A DNA stretch of 64,000 bases from Candidatus Delongbacteria bacterium (GTDB lineage: Bacteria > CAIWAD01), in NCBI GenBank assembly GCA_963663545.1, contig OY760505.1, forward strand, positions 992,001 through 1,056,000, in the 5' to 3' direction. Under the pieces are notes generated by a model. The model was not told the DNA's origin. It did no database searches and saw nothing but the letters and a program-made list of their open reading frames with translations. Shown piece after piece: positions 11,506 through 21,257 of the stretch. The translations under genes were made by a program, and so were the position numbers. The stretch's first letter is position 1; the number at the start of each line of letters is the position of its first letter.

Positions 11506-13695
11506 TTACTTAAGCAGCGTCACCGCCCTCACCTGGCCGCCATCAGGAAACTCGGCCACAATGAAATAGCTGCCACTGGCTACGGTTCGTCCATTCGTAT
11601 CACGCCCCTCCCAGGTGATACTATGCTCACCGGCAGCGAACTCCTGATCAGCAAGGGTCGTGATACGGCGTCCCAACAGATTGTAAACGGCGAGCTTCAC
11701 TTGTGCCGTGCGCGGGCAAGTGAAGTTCAGCGTAGTACTCGGATTGAAGGGGTTGGGAAAGCACTCTTGCAGGACATAGCCTGACGGCAGAGGATTGCCC
11801 TGTGATACATTCAACATGAACTGTGATCCATCGTAGATCTCGACATGTCGAGGAAAGCTCACGATCAGATGATCGTCAAACACATTGACGTCAAAGGAAT
11901 ACTCGTCCAGGACCATATAGTCGAGCAACTGTGGCTGAAGCGGATTGCTGTTGTCGAAAACACCAAGGCGGAAAAACTCGTCTTCAGGCTCCGCTACGAT
12001 CCGGGGTCTGAAGCGCATCAGTATCAAATCATCAACGGCAACATAGGGACACAAACCACGATAGTCGCCTAGTCCAGTAAGAGTCTGGAACTCCAGTTGC
12101 CCCCCCGCCAACGAATTCAAATCAGCGATCTGCAATTCTTCGGTAGCGGTAATATTGTAGAGCTTGTCGCCAGCTAAAACGATGCCGCATGTTTGCAGAT
12201 CCAGAGTCTGAGTCCGCACTGGCGAAGCGCCGGAACAGTCAAAAAGCACCACTGTTCCCTCTAACGTGTTGCGCACAAATAGCTGGTCACCGTAGGCCAG
12301 TAGTACTGCTGCTGAAGACAAGCCGGAATCAAGCTCAACGTCTATCTGGAGTTGCTGCGGATTCTGTGCATCAAGGAACAGCAGGTCTGTACCCGCCGCC
12401 GCAACCAGCCACTGGCCACATCGCACGAGAGCGCCTGAAAGTCGCTCATCGGCAAAATACCCGCACTCTTCAAGAGCGTTCGAATCCTGAAGATCAAGAG
12501 TAATGATTTCGCGTCTGTAGCTGGACAGAAAGGCAATGTCCTCCTCAACCAAGAGACAGGCGGTGCTGGTCCCACTTAGGAACCTCCCAAGCTCAGGTTG
12601 ATGCGGATCAGCAAGATCGACCAAACGTACGCCGCTGGACTCAACAAGAAACAGCTGATCGCCAAAGCCCTCACTACGAGATACAGGACCAGCCAGTGAG
12701 TAAGATGTCCCTTCAAACAACTCGTCCGAATCGTTGTGCTGCAGAACACTGAAGCCAGCATCATGATTCGCCAGCAAAATGCGGTCGCTACCTACAAAGA
12801 AGTCGATTCGGTAATACGAGCGATCCAGCTCCTGTACAAGTTGCGGAGACTCAGGTGTACTTAGATCGAATTCACAGAAGCACAAGCCGTTGCCGACAGC
12901 AGAGGCGTAGAGCTTGTCTCCCGAGCACTGGATATCTAAGAGGTGAACCGGCAACGTCAGCGTGTTACTTAACTCCAGAGTCTCGGTGTTGTAGACATAG
13001 AGGTTGGAACTATTACATCTCACATACAGATACTCTTCTGTACTCGTCACATGGGTGGAAGCGGGCGCATCGAGGAAGTTCTCTGAACAATCCAGGTATG
13101 GATGAACCGGATCGCTGAAATCAAGCACGAAGAGGTGGGGATTTCCGGTAGCAGTGAAGAGCCGGGTTCCCTGCAGATTCAGATCCCAGACGTGCTCAAT
13201 CATGTCTGTGTAATACACAATAGGATCTGGTTCAGTCGGACTACTGATATCGTAGATTGAGATTATAGTTCGCGACCACCAAGCATCAGTGGTACCTACC
13301 AGGGCGAGATGCTCTTCATTTATGCAGAACTGATCCAAACTGAAATCGAGTTCGAGTGTGGCACACAAGACCGGCGCGGCTGGATTGGCCAAGGAGTAGA
13401 TATAGAAACCGGTCGATGTACTAATGAAAAGAGCCTGGCCGTTGCTATCAATCTGTCTCACGTAGTCAAAATCCAATCGGGCCAACTCTTGGACGTTTTC
13501 TAGATCACTAGCGTCAAATACTCGAACGCCCTCACATTCATGAGCCGAGTAAACGTAGTCGCCAAATGCGCAAACGTCACTCACGCCGTACTGCCAGTAG
13601 AAGTCCAGACTCGCCAGGTGATCCGGCATCTGAGCCAACGCAAGTATGGGAAGTGAAAGTAGCGCTGCTGCGATGGAGAGTTGTGATACAGTCAT
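11506..13695 (-). CDS. Secreted LVIVD-repeat protein with C-terminal sorting-like domain (array gene 4)
   Basis: Same architecture; FPNPFNPSTT...TLLK terminus. Confidence 0.85.
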   Translation of the reverse strand: MTVSQLSIAAALLSLPILALAQMPDHLASLDFYWQYGVSDVCAFGDYVYSAHECEGVRVFDASDLENVQELARLDFDYVRQIDSNGQALFISTSTGFYIYSLANPAAPVLCATLELDFSLDQFCINEEHLALVGTTDAWWSRTIISIYDISSPTEPDPIVYYTDMIEHVWDLNLQGTRLFTATGNPHLFVLDFSDPVHPYLDCSENFLDAPASTHVTSTEEYLYVRCNSSNLYVYNTETLELSNTLTLPVHLLDIQCSGDKLYASAVGNGLCFCEFDLSTPESPQLVQELDRSYYRIDFFVGSDRILLANHDAGFSVLQHNDSDELFEGTSYSLAGPVSRSEGFGDQLFLVESSGVRLVDLADPHQPELGRFLSGTSTACLLVEEDIAFLSSYRREIITLDLQDSNALEECGYFADERLSGALVRCGQWLVAAAGTDLLFLDAQNPQQLQIDVELDSGLSSAAVLLAYGDQLFVRNTLEGTVVLFDCSGASPVRTQTLDLQTCGIVLAGDKLYNITATEELQIADLNSLAGGQLEFQTLTGLGDYRGLCPYVAVDDLILMRFRPRIVAEPEDEFFRLGVFDNSNPLQPQLLDYMVLDEYSFDVNVFDDHLIVSFPRHVEIYDGSQFMLNVSQGNPLPSGYVLQECFPNPFNPSTTLNFTCPRTAQVKLAVYNLLGRRITTLADQEFAAGEHSITWEGRDTNGRTVASGSYFIVAEFPDGGQVRAVTLLK
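11531..11759. repeat. ~229 bp near-identical repeat, copy A (3' end of array gene 4); partner at 13760-13988, weaker copy at about 16013-16210
   Basis: Manual alignment at offset 2229: about 10 mismatches in 229 bp. Confidence 0.9.
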
Positions 13696-13734
13696 ACTTC
13701 TGACCTCTCTGCTTGAGTTACATAGATGACGGGG

Positions 13735-15924
13735 CTATTTCAGAAGTGTCACCAACTTGACCTGGCCGCCATCAGGAAACTCGGCCACAATGAAATAGCT
13801 GCCACTGGCTACGGTTCGTCCATTCGTATCACGCCCCTGCCAGGTGATCTGATGCTCACCGGCAGCGAATTCCTGATCAGCAAGGGTTGTGATACGGCGT
13901 CCCAACAGATTGTAAACGGCGAGCCTCACTTGTGCCCTGCGCGGGCAAGTGAAATCCAGCGTAGTACTCGGATTGAAGGGGTTGGGAACGCAATCGTGTA
14001 AAACAAACCCCGTTGGTCCGGGTGTTACATCGTGAAGATCCAATAGAATCTGTGATACATCGTAGAGCTCAATCTCATTTCCGTAACACAAACTTAGCCT
14101 ATTGTCGGACACGTCCATACTGCAGTCCTCGGGTCCGATCACCATGGACTCCAGCAACACCGGTGCTTGCGGATTGCTATTGTCAAACACACCCAGACGC
14201 TGGTACAAGTCCTCGGGCATCTGCCATTGGGCCAACTGGTAGCTCATCAGCATCCGTTCATTGCTGGCTGCCACTACGCACTGGGAACGGAATCCGTCCA
14301 TGTTCATCACGGGTTGAAACACAAGCCCTTCGTCGGGTGCACCGATCTCCGCCATCTGTAGCAATGAGTCGGTAAGACAGTAGACGCGATGATTGGCAAT
14401 GCTGACTCCGGCGGAGTTCATCTCCAGTAACTGAATCCGCTGAGGGTAGCTGGAACAATCAAAGACGGCCAGACGCCCATCCTCTGTATCACGCACAATC
14501 AGCATTTCGCCATCAGCGATCATGGAGTTGCCCTGACTCAGTCCTGTCTCGATCTCGCAGACAAGGTCCAGCTCATCGATATCGCCAGCGTGAAAGAACA
14601 TCAGGTAGCTCGGCATGCTTGCCACCAGCCACTCTCCGCAACTCGCAATACTGTTGCTGCCGATCCTGTCGTCGAAGTACTCGGCACCAAGGCTCAGATG
14701 GCTCGGGTCATGAAGGTCAACGGCCATCAGCTTGCGCGGCTGGGTACACATGAGGTAAGCGATTTCGTCGTGCAGGACCATCGACCAGCAGGAAGGCTGA
14801 AAATAGGAGGATTCCAGTTGCCAGTCGGTGGGCAAACTCAGATCCAGCATGCGCAGGCCAGTGTTTTCCAGCACCGCCAGTCGATCTCCATATCCGCGGC
14901 ATAGCCTGGCCGGGCCACAGTGGCTGAAGAAGCACTGGCGGACAAGTTCTCCAGGCTCAGGCCGCAGATAGAGGCCAGCTCCGGCTGCACCACAGGCCAA
15001 GACAAGACAATCCTCGCCAAGTGCGAAATTCCTGTCGATGTAACCCGAAACGATCTCAGCTTCGATGAAGAGTGTAAGTGGCGAGCTAAGATCGAAGATG
15101 CAGTAGCTACGACCGTTGTGCGCTGTGATAGCGTGTAGGCGATTGCCTTCCCGCTTCATCGAATAAGCGTGTGTCATGAAATCGCTTACAGTCAAAAGCC
15201 CCAGCGTCTCTTCGTCGAAAATGTAGATACCATCCCAATCCACACCCACATAGACATAGCCGTTGACAGCCTCGACGCTGCAAGAAAGCGGATAGTCGTA
15301 GGTCACGAAGCTGCTGGCAACTTGCGGATGATTCGGATCGCTCAGATCAACGAGAGTCAGATAAGGATCCAGGCTGGCGATATACAGGCGCTCACCGTGC
15401 ATCTTCACGTCCGCGCAGCCTGAAAACAAGCCCGTGTAATACAACTCGGGGTCTGGCGCTAAGGGGTTGCTGATATCGTAAATGGACAGCACGCTGTGAG
15501 TCGGTTCGGCCTCAATATCCATGCCGCACAGGGCAAGCCGCTGACCGTCAAGGGTGAAACACTCCAGCAGAAAATCCAGCTCCAGGCTCGCACCAAGTAC
15601 CGGCAGCTCCGGATTCTCCAGTGAGTAGACGTCCAATCCGCTATCCGTCTGTACTACAAGCGCCTGGCCGTTGCACTCCATCTCGCTATCACAGTCGGCT
15701 TCAATGTGCGCGACCTGATGCACATTCTGCGGATCGCTCGCATCCAGCACGCGCAATCCATCATCACGATGATTGGTGTAGATGTAGTTGCCGTTGACAC
15801 AGACGTCGGCTACGCCGCGCAGCCACAAATAGTCCAAGTCGGTCAGGTGTTCCGGTAGTTCTGCCCGGCTTTGCTTTGGCAGAATCAGCAGTGTTGCTGC
15901 CAAGGCAATGCATGCAATCCTCAT
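13735..15924 (-). CDS. Secreted LVIVD-repeat protein with C-terminal sorting-like domain (array gene 5)
   Basis: ATG 15924 lies 8 nt after GGAGG; same architecture. Confidence 0.85.
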   Translation of the reverse strand: MRIACIALAATLLILPKQSRAELPEHLTDLDYLWLRGVADVCVNGNYIYTNHRDDGLRVLDASDPQNVHQVAHIEADCDSEMECNGQALVVQTDSGLDVYSLENPELPVLGASLELDFLLECFTLDGQRLALCGMDIEAEPTHSVLSIYDISNPLAPDPELYYTGLFSGCADVKMHGERLYIASLDPYLTLVDLSDPNHPQVASSFVTYDYPLSCSVEAVNGYVYVGVDWDGIYIFDEETLGLLTVSDFMTHAYSMKREGNRLHAITAHNGRSYCIFDLSSPLTLFIEAEIVSGYIDRNFALGEDCLVLACGAAGAGLYLRPEPGELVRQCFFSHCGPARLCRGYGDRLAVLENTGLRMLDLSLPTDWQLESSYFQPSCWSMVLHDEIAYLMCTQPRKLMAVDLHDPSHLSLGAEYFDDRIGSNSIASCGEWLVASMPSYLMFFHAGDIDELDLVCEIETGLSQGNSMIADGEMLIVRDTEDGRLAVFDCSSYPQRIQLLEMNSAGVSIANHRVYCLTDSLLQMAEIGAPDEGLVFQPVMNMDGFRSQCVVAASNERMLMSYQLAQWQMPEDLYQRLGVFDNSNPQAPVLLESMVIGPEDCSMDVSDNRLSLCYGNEIELYDVSQILLDLHDVTPGPTGFVLHDCVPNPFNPSTTLDFTCPRRAQVRLAVYNLLGRRITTLADQEFAAGEHQITWQGRDTNGRTVASGSYFIVAEFPDGGQVKLVTLLK
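13760..13988. repeat. ~229 bp near-identical repeat, copy B (3' end of array gene 5)
   Basis: See copy A. Confidence 0.9.
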
Positions 15925-15962
15925 CGTTTCCACCTCCGCTGATAGCTGATGCGTGTCCCGGT

Positions 15963-18143
15963 TTACTTGAGCAGACTCACAGCACTGACACGCATTCCAT
16001 CAGGGAACTCTGCCACAATGAAATAGCTTCCGCTGGCCACGGGTCGACTATTTGTATCACGTCCCTCCCAGGTGATACTATGCTCACCGGCAGCGAATTC
16101 CTGATCAGCAAGCGTTGTGATACAACGTCCCAACAGATTGTAAACGGCGAGTCTCACTTCTGCCGCGCGCGGACAGGTGAAGCTCAGCGTGGTACTTGGG
16201 TTGAAGGGGTTCGGCGCACATCCCAGCAGGGCGAATCCTTCCGGACCGGGAGCGGGAGTTGCTACTGACACCTCGATCTGTGTCACATCGTAGAGACACA
16301 GGTCCTGGACGTTGGCCATGACCAGCAGATCCTCGTCTAGCGAGAACTCTTGCACCTGCCCCTCCGTTGCCCCTTCGGCCAACAATACGGGCTGCAGCGG
16401 ATTGGTGTTGTCGTAGACGCGGATGTGTGACATGGATGTTGAGCCATCCTGAATGCTCGTAACGAAGAGCAGGTTATCCTGCCCCTTGATGTCAGTCAAG
16501 TATTCGCTCACGCCGGGTAGCTCGATCTCGTGTATCACCGGCTGTTCGGGTAGCGTGGACAGATCATGCAGGCGCAAGTAGTCGTAGTCCCAGGTGTAAA
16601 GAAGATCGCCGACGACTCGCAGCTGATAAGAATACTCTGAATCGAAGCTCGTCAACGGCAGTATTTCGCCCGCGTGTTTCACCAGCACGTCGTACTGATC
16701 GGAGCCTTGATTGGAGTGGATCAAGTAGTCACCATATGCGGCGAAATGCTGATAATAGCTGGTACAAGCCAGATTGGGCAGCGGAGTGATCTGTGCCGGA
16801 TCACTGACATCGATGAAATGTATCACGTGACGGTCGCTGATTACGACGGTGCCGCCCCACATGGTCAACTCGTTGTGCGGAAGTTGATCGGAAACGCCGA
16901 TGCTGATGATCGAGGGCGCAGTTGGATCGCTCAAGTCAACGGTAATCAGGTTGTCGGAAGTATAGGTCTTCACCACCGCAACGTCCGTGGTCAGCATCTC
17001 GATATCGTAGGCGCGGTCGAGTTCCAGGAAACCCGCCAGAACAGGCGCCGTGGGATCGCTGATGTCGATGGTGCGCAATCCCAGGTACTCGAGGGTGATC
17101 GCGTAATCGCCCACTCTGGCCACATCGCAAATCTCGCCGGAATAGTTCACCCAGCCGATCTCGTGCAGGTCGTCTGGATTGCTCAACTCTGTGATACGCA
17201 GTCCTCCGTTGAAGCAGGCGCAATAGGCCTTGTCGCCCTTGACCACGAAGTTCTCCATGTCAATGACGGGTTCGTAGATGCCACGCGCCACTGGCTGCAG
17301 GGGATCGCTCAGATCAATGGCTACCAACGGGCAGTCAATCTCGCCGTAGCTCATGTAAGCCATATCGCCGCTCACATGGATTTGAAAGGCGCAGGTGAAT
17401 TCCGTCAGCGAAGCCACAGACTGCATGGTCTGCAAGTCGATGAGCTGAAAACCGCTCATGCCCGCTGCCAGCACGGCGTAGTCGCCGAAGGCATCGATAC
17501 CGAAGGACCAGTTGGTGTGCTCGTCATAATAGGGTTCGGAGACGATCGGGTTGTCGAGATCGCTGATATCCACCCAGACCATGCCGGGCACAGCGTCAGC
17601 GACCAGAATGCGATTCTCCTGCAGACGAATGTCCGAGCACCCCTCCACCAAATCCTCGTAGCGCGCCAACTCAACGGGCTCTTCTGGAGCACTGAGGTCA
17701 AGCAGTACGAGTGTGGTGTGAAACTCGGGATAGTTGCCGCTACGACCATAGAAGACAGCGCGCTGGCCGTCCAAATCCATTTGGCTGCAGTAGTCCACAG
17801 GAGCCAGTGTAGAAATCAGTTCCAGCCCAGGCTCGTCGGTAATGTGATACAGGCCAATGCCTTCGCTGTTCATGGCCAGCATCAGATCCCCGACCACGCG
17901 CATCTCGCCGAAATACTCGTTTTCGTATTCGGCAACAATGACGGGATGGGCGGCATCACTGACATCCGCGATGCTCACGCCTTCGCGGCCCCGTGCAAGA
18001 AAGGCGTACTGGCCGCTTTGGGCAACATCCCAGACGCCGTTGACCCAATTGTAATCGAAGTGGCAGAGGGGCTCAAGCTGCTGCTGCGCCTGTGATAGCG
18101 CGGGCAGGCAGAGCAAAAGAAGAAAAGGGAGAGTACGGTACAT
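15963..18143 (-). CDS. Secreted LVIVD-repeat protein with C-terminal sorting-like domain (array gene 6, first transcribed)
   Basis: ATG 18143 follows GGAGG; signal peptide MYRTLPFLLLLCLPALSQA; DLSDP repeats; PNPFNPSTT...SLLK. Confidence 0.85.
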   Translation of the reverse strand: MYRTLPFLLLLCLPALSQAQQQLEPLCHFDYNWVNGVWDVAQSGQYAFLARGREGVSIADVSDAAHPVIVAEYENEYFGEMRVVGDLMLAMNSEGIGLYHITDEPGLELISTLAPVDYCSQMDLDGQRAVFYGRSGNYPEFHTTLVLLDLSAPEEPVELARYEDLVEGCSDIRLQENRILVADAVPGMVWVDISDLDNPIVSEPYYDEHTNWSFGIDAFGDYAVLAAGMSGFQLIDLQTMQSVASLTEFTCAFQIHVSGDMAYMSYGEIDCPLVAIDLSDPLQPVARGIYEPVIDMENFVVKGDKAYCACFNGGLRITELSNPDDLHEIGWVNYSGEICDVARVGDYAITLEYLGLRTIDISDPTAPVLAGFLELDRAYDIEMLTTDVAVVKTYTSDNLITVDLSDPTAPSIISIGVSDQLPHNELTMWGGTVVISDRHVIHFIDVSDPAQITPLPNLACTSYYQHFAAYGDYLIHSNQGSDQYDVLVKHAGEILPLTSFDSEYSYQLRVVGDLLYTWDYDYLRLHDLSTLPEQPVIHEIELPGVSEYLTDIKGQDNLLFVTSIQDGSTSMSHIRVYDNTNPLQPVLLAEGATEGQVQEFSLDEDLLVMANVQDLCLYDVTQIEVSVATPAPGPEGFALLGCAPNPFNPSTTLSFTCPRAAEVRLAVYNLLGRCITTLADQEFAAGEHSITWEGRDTNSRPVASGSYFIVAEFPDGMRVSAVSLLK

Positions 18144-18538
18144 GGCTTCCTCCAAGCGCGATTGAAGGGGAGAACTTCATTCGCATTCCTTTTGACCGGT
18201 GTCCGTCCGGCCTTCGGGGACCTAATGCCCGCTTGGTTGCTGTAGCGTCCGGCGTTCCGGAAGAAGGAAGCAGTGTCAGAAGTGAATTCGCGTAGCACCC
18301 ACAGAGTGGCACCGGTCAGCAAAAAAGCTGGTGCTGCAGAATGCTGTGCTTCTCAGTTCCAAAGCACTACCTCGAGTTGAGACGGTATCGGGTTCGGGAG
18401 ATCTCAATCTCGTGGTCCAGGCTCATGCCAGGCTTATCATACGGTAATTAGCGACAAGCCAAAGGAATTGACTCGGCCATGATATCAGCCCGTACACTTT
18501 ATCGCAAGAGATTTCTTTCAACGGTGAAAGAATCTGTG

Positions 18539-19750
18539 TTATCTGAGTAGTGTAGTTGTGATTTCGTCCAGCAGCAGCCAGCCCTCGGGACGAAGACAAA
18601 AATCAGGCTGCGGTAAAGGCGGTCGTAGTCCCAACTCAGCAAGCATCGATGTTGCCTGAATCGGGCTCAGCAAATGAGTGGGCTGCATCAACCGCCTTGC
18701 CGCCTCTCGCAGGTGCGAGATGCGTTCCTGACCGAAGACAGCTTCCAGCGCCTTCCATTCCAGCCCCCCCAGCCAGCGCAGTGACACAAAGACTTGTTCA
18801 AGCAAGCGCTGTTCAAGGTCGAGAGTCTCCTTCTCTACTTCTGGTGCCACCCCCTGCTCCACACGATCACAGAAGGACATCCAATCGGGTCGCGTCAGCG
18901 TGCGTACATCACCACTCCAATCCGAACTGGCTCCTGCACCAATACCCAGCCAGGGAGCGCCGCGCCAATAGAGGCTGTTGTGTTGTGATACACAGCCTGG
19001 ACGACAGAAGTTGGAGACCTCGTAATGCAGATAGCCTGCCGCCTGAAGTCGTTGTGACACATGCAGGAAGTGCGCAGCCGCTTCTTCTGCCGAAAGGGGC
19101 TGCAAATCGCCGCGTATCACTTTTTCCGCCAGTGGCGTCCCTTCCTCAATTCCCAGCCCATAGACGCTAAGATGCTCAGGCTGATACGCAAGCAAAGCCT
19201 CAATATCCTGGTCAAGTTGCCCAAGGCTTTGCCCGGGAAGCTGCGTAATGAGATCGAGGGAAAGCTCAAGCGGTCGTGCCCTGCGCAGGGTTTGTAGTAC
19301 GCGCTTCAAGTCTGTATCACGGCGCCGGTCCAACACCTTCAGAAAGCAGGGTTGCACGCTCTGCACTCCAAGACTGCAACGCAAACGAACGTGGCCGGGA
19401 ATACTGCGCACGATCCGCGCATCGGCCGATTCCGGATTCATTTCGAGGGTGACTTCACATCCGTCACAAAGGCGTCCGGCCAAAGGCCCCTGCTGTGCAA
19501 AGAGCTCATCAAAAAACTCATGCGGCATGATGCTTGGAGTGCCGCCTCCCAGATAGAGGCTGCTGAAGAGTGTATCACGACAGTCCTGCTGTCCAAGGCG
19601 TCTACCAAGCTCGCGCAGCAGTGCCCGTCCGTATCGATCACGTTGCGCCTCGGTAGCGGTGGTAGAGTAAAAATCGCAGTAGCCACACTTCCTGCTGCAG
19701 AAGGGCAGGTGCAGGTAGAGACCGGCCTCCCCGGATGCCCGGGGCTGCAT
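18539..19750 (-). CDS. hemW: Radical SAM heme chaperone HemW (HemN-like)
   Basis: LYLHLPFCSRKCGYCDF (CxxxCxxC), YLGGGTPS, HYEVSNF and HNSLYW (HNxxYW HemW signature). Confidence 0.88.
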   Translation of the reverse strand: MQPRASGEAGLYLHLPFCSRKCGYCDFYSTTATEAQRDRYGRALLRELGRRLGQQDCRDTLFSSLYLGGGTPSIMPHEFFDELFAQQGPLAGRLCDGCEVTLEMNPESADARIVRSIPGHVRLRCSLGVQSVQPCFLKVLDRRRDTDLKRVLQTLRRARPLELSLDLITQLPGQSLGQLDQDIEALLAYQPEHLSVYGLGIEEGTPLAEKVIRGDLQPLSAEEAAAHFLHVSQRLQAAGYLHYEVSNFCRPGCVSQHNSLYWRGAPWLGIGAGASSDWSGDVRTLTRPDWMSFCDRVEQGVAPEVEKETLDLEQRLLEQVFVSLRWLGGLEWKALEAVFGQERISHLREAARRLMQPTHLLSPIQATSMLAELGLRPPLPQPDFCLRPEGWLLLDEITTTLLR

Positions 19751-20685
19751 CAGTCGAGGTCCAGATCGTAGCCGACAGCGCCCACCACGCGAATGGCGCC
19801 TTCAGGGCAGCGCGAGAGACACAGGCCACAACCGACACAGCGCAAAGGATCGATGCGCACCTTGCTGTGACCCACGGGCGTAGCCGCTGGAGTTCCATCG
19901 GGAATGATGCAGCCCTCTGCGGGACACGCTGGCAGACACAGTCCGCAACCCGTGCAGAACTCGTTGACGGTAAACTGCGGACGGTGCGAGATGCGATCGC
20001 GAAACACGCCTGCGGGACACAGGGCGCGCAAGGGCAGTAGATTGTCGGAGCGTGTGTAATCGATGACACGCCGGCGTCCATCTGCGCGGACAATGCCGGG
20101 TGTAAGAAAGCGATCGCCAAGACACTGGTGCGTATCACGACAGCCCACTTCACAGATCGAGCGGCGCAGAGTAGGTTCGTCGGCAGAAGCACACGCCATG
20201 TAGATCTGTGCGTCTGCGGGTATGAGCGAGAGGACCTGACGCGGACAAACCGTGATACAATGTCCACATCCAGTGCAGGCTTGTGTGTCAATACGCGGAT
20301 TTCCGCCAGCAAGGGAAATGGCCTCTTCCGGACAGGCTACGACGCAATCGCCAGCTCCCAGACAGGCCCAGGCGCAGGCGCGCTCGCCACCATACTGCAG
20401 CTGCAAATCGAGGCATGTATCACGGCGTGTGGCGGTAAAATGCCTCCTGCTCTGCCCGTGACCAGCAGCGCAATTGGCAACAGCGACAGCGCGATCGCCA
20501 TAGCTTTCATGCGTGGTACCCAGACTGCTGTAGGCAACACGGCTGCGAATGCGCAGCGCGGGATAACTGCTGCTGGGCAATTCACGCTGCCAGGCCGCGG
20601 CGGGTCTGGTATCAGGGAGACGATAGCGCATTTGCAACAGCCAGATGATACCGGCCAGAGCAAGCAGCAGAATCAAATCACTCAT
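19750..20685 (-). CDS. rnfB: RnfB-like polyferredoxin, divergent
   Basis: ATG 20685 overlaps the upstream stop (ATGA); N-terminal TM helix; CAWACLGAGDCVVACP, CTGCGHCITVCP, CTGCGLCLPACP, CVGCGLCLSRCP; last gene of the rnf cluster. Confidence 0.7.
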   Translation of the reverse strand: MSDLILLLALAGIIWLLQMRYRLPDTRPAAAWQRELPSSSYPALRIRSRVAYSSLGTTHESYGDRAVAVANCAAGHGQSRRHFTATRRDTCLDLQLQYGGERACAWACLGAGDCVVACPEEAISLAGGNPRIDTQACTGCGHCITVCPRQVLSLIPADAQIYMACASADEPTLRRSICEVGCRDTHQCLGDRFLTPGIVRADGRRRVIDYTRSDNLLPLRALCPAGVFRDRISHRPQFTVNEFCTGCGLCLPACPAEGCIIPDGTPAATPVGHSKVRIDPLRCVGCGLCLSRCPEGAIRVVGAVGYDLDLD

Positions 20686-21257
20686 GGCAGTCCTCTGTGC
20701 AGAAGAGCGGTGGCGCCCAGGGTAAGCACCAACCACAACAACAACATCGCCAGGCGGAAAGGCAAGCCTTCCATGGATCCCGGCACACGGTTGTTGCTGT
20801 ATTTCTCGCCAGCACCAGTAAGCAGCATAACGGATAGAAACAGCAGAAGACCACCCGCCGCTCCGGCCGCCAACGGATCGAGCACAGAACCCAAGGAGCA
20901 GGGGACGAAAGCACGCCAAAACCAGGGAAGAAAGAGCAGACCGGGGATCGTCGCGCTTAACTCAATCAATTCACGATCGCGACCGCGAGCCAGACGGTTA
21001 AGGGCCACCAGCCCCAACAGACCGGCCAGGAGTGCTGCGGCAAGCTGAACACCTCGCGTCCAGCCCAGTGCGGAAGCGTGAGGCATCAGGCCAAGCAACC
21101 CACCGCCAGCTCCAACGGCAAGGCCAAGCGCTGGCAGCCAGAACCAAGTGCGGCGGAACTGGCCAAACTCCAGCCTGCGCAATAGCAGCGGTCCGGCAAA
21201 GGCTCCCAGCAGCAACAGCAACAAGGGATGCCCGGAAAAACTGCCGCCAAAACTCAT
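20682..21257 (-). CDS. RnfA-like membrane subunit, highly divergent
   Basis: 191 aa, hydrophobic; C-terminal MLLTGAGEKYSNNRVPGSMEGLPFRL resembles the RnfA 'GIRERL..xVP..FxGxPI' segment; lies just before rnfB. Confidence 0.55.
   Translation of the reverse strand: MSFGGSFSGHPLLLLLLGAFAGPLLLRRLEFGQFRRTWFWLPALGLAVGAGGGLLGLMPHASALGWTRGVQLAAALLAGLLGLVALNRLARGRDRELIELSATIPGLLFLPWFWRAFVPCSLGSVLDPLAAGAAGGLLLFLSVMLLTGAGEKYSNNRVPGSMEGLPFRLAMLLLWLVLTLGATALLHRGLP

Noticed and set aside
4817..16210. Near-identical 3' repeats as a diversity-generating retroelement (TR/VR)
   Set aside because: No reverse transcriptase in the window, all copies lie within genes, and mismatches are not adenine-specific.
16674..18095. 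473-aa plus-strand ORF
   Set aside because: Antisense shadow of array gene 6, explained by codon bias; no recognisable motifs.
18247..18275. CCGGAAGAAGGAAGCAG resembling the SRP (4.5S) RNA domain IV
   Set aside because: Lacks the upstream CAGG and a correct GNRA-capped stem; the resemblance is partial.
20686..20919. N-terminal extensions given by the ORF track (rnfB; likewise nuoJ, nuoE, trxB, sfsA, bshC)
   Set aside because: They overlap neighbouring genes or lack an RBS; downstream starts with an RBS or stop-start coupling fit the family lengths better.
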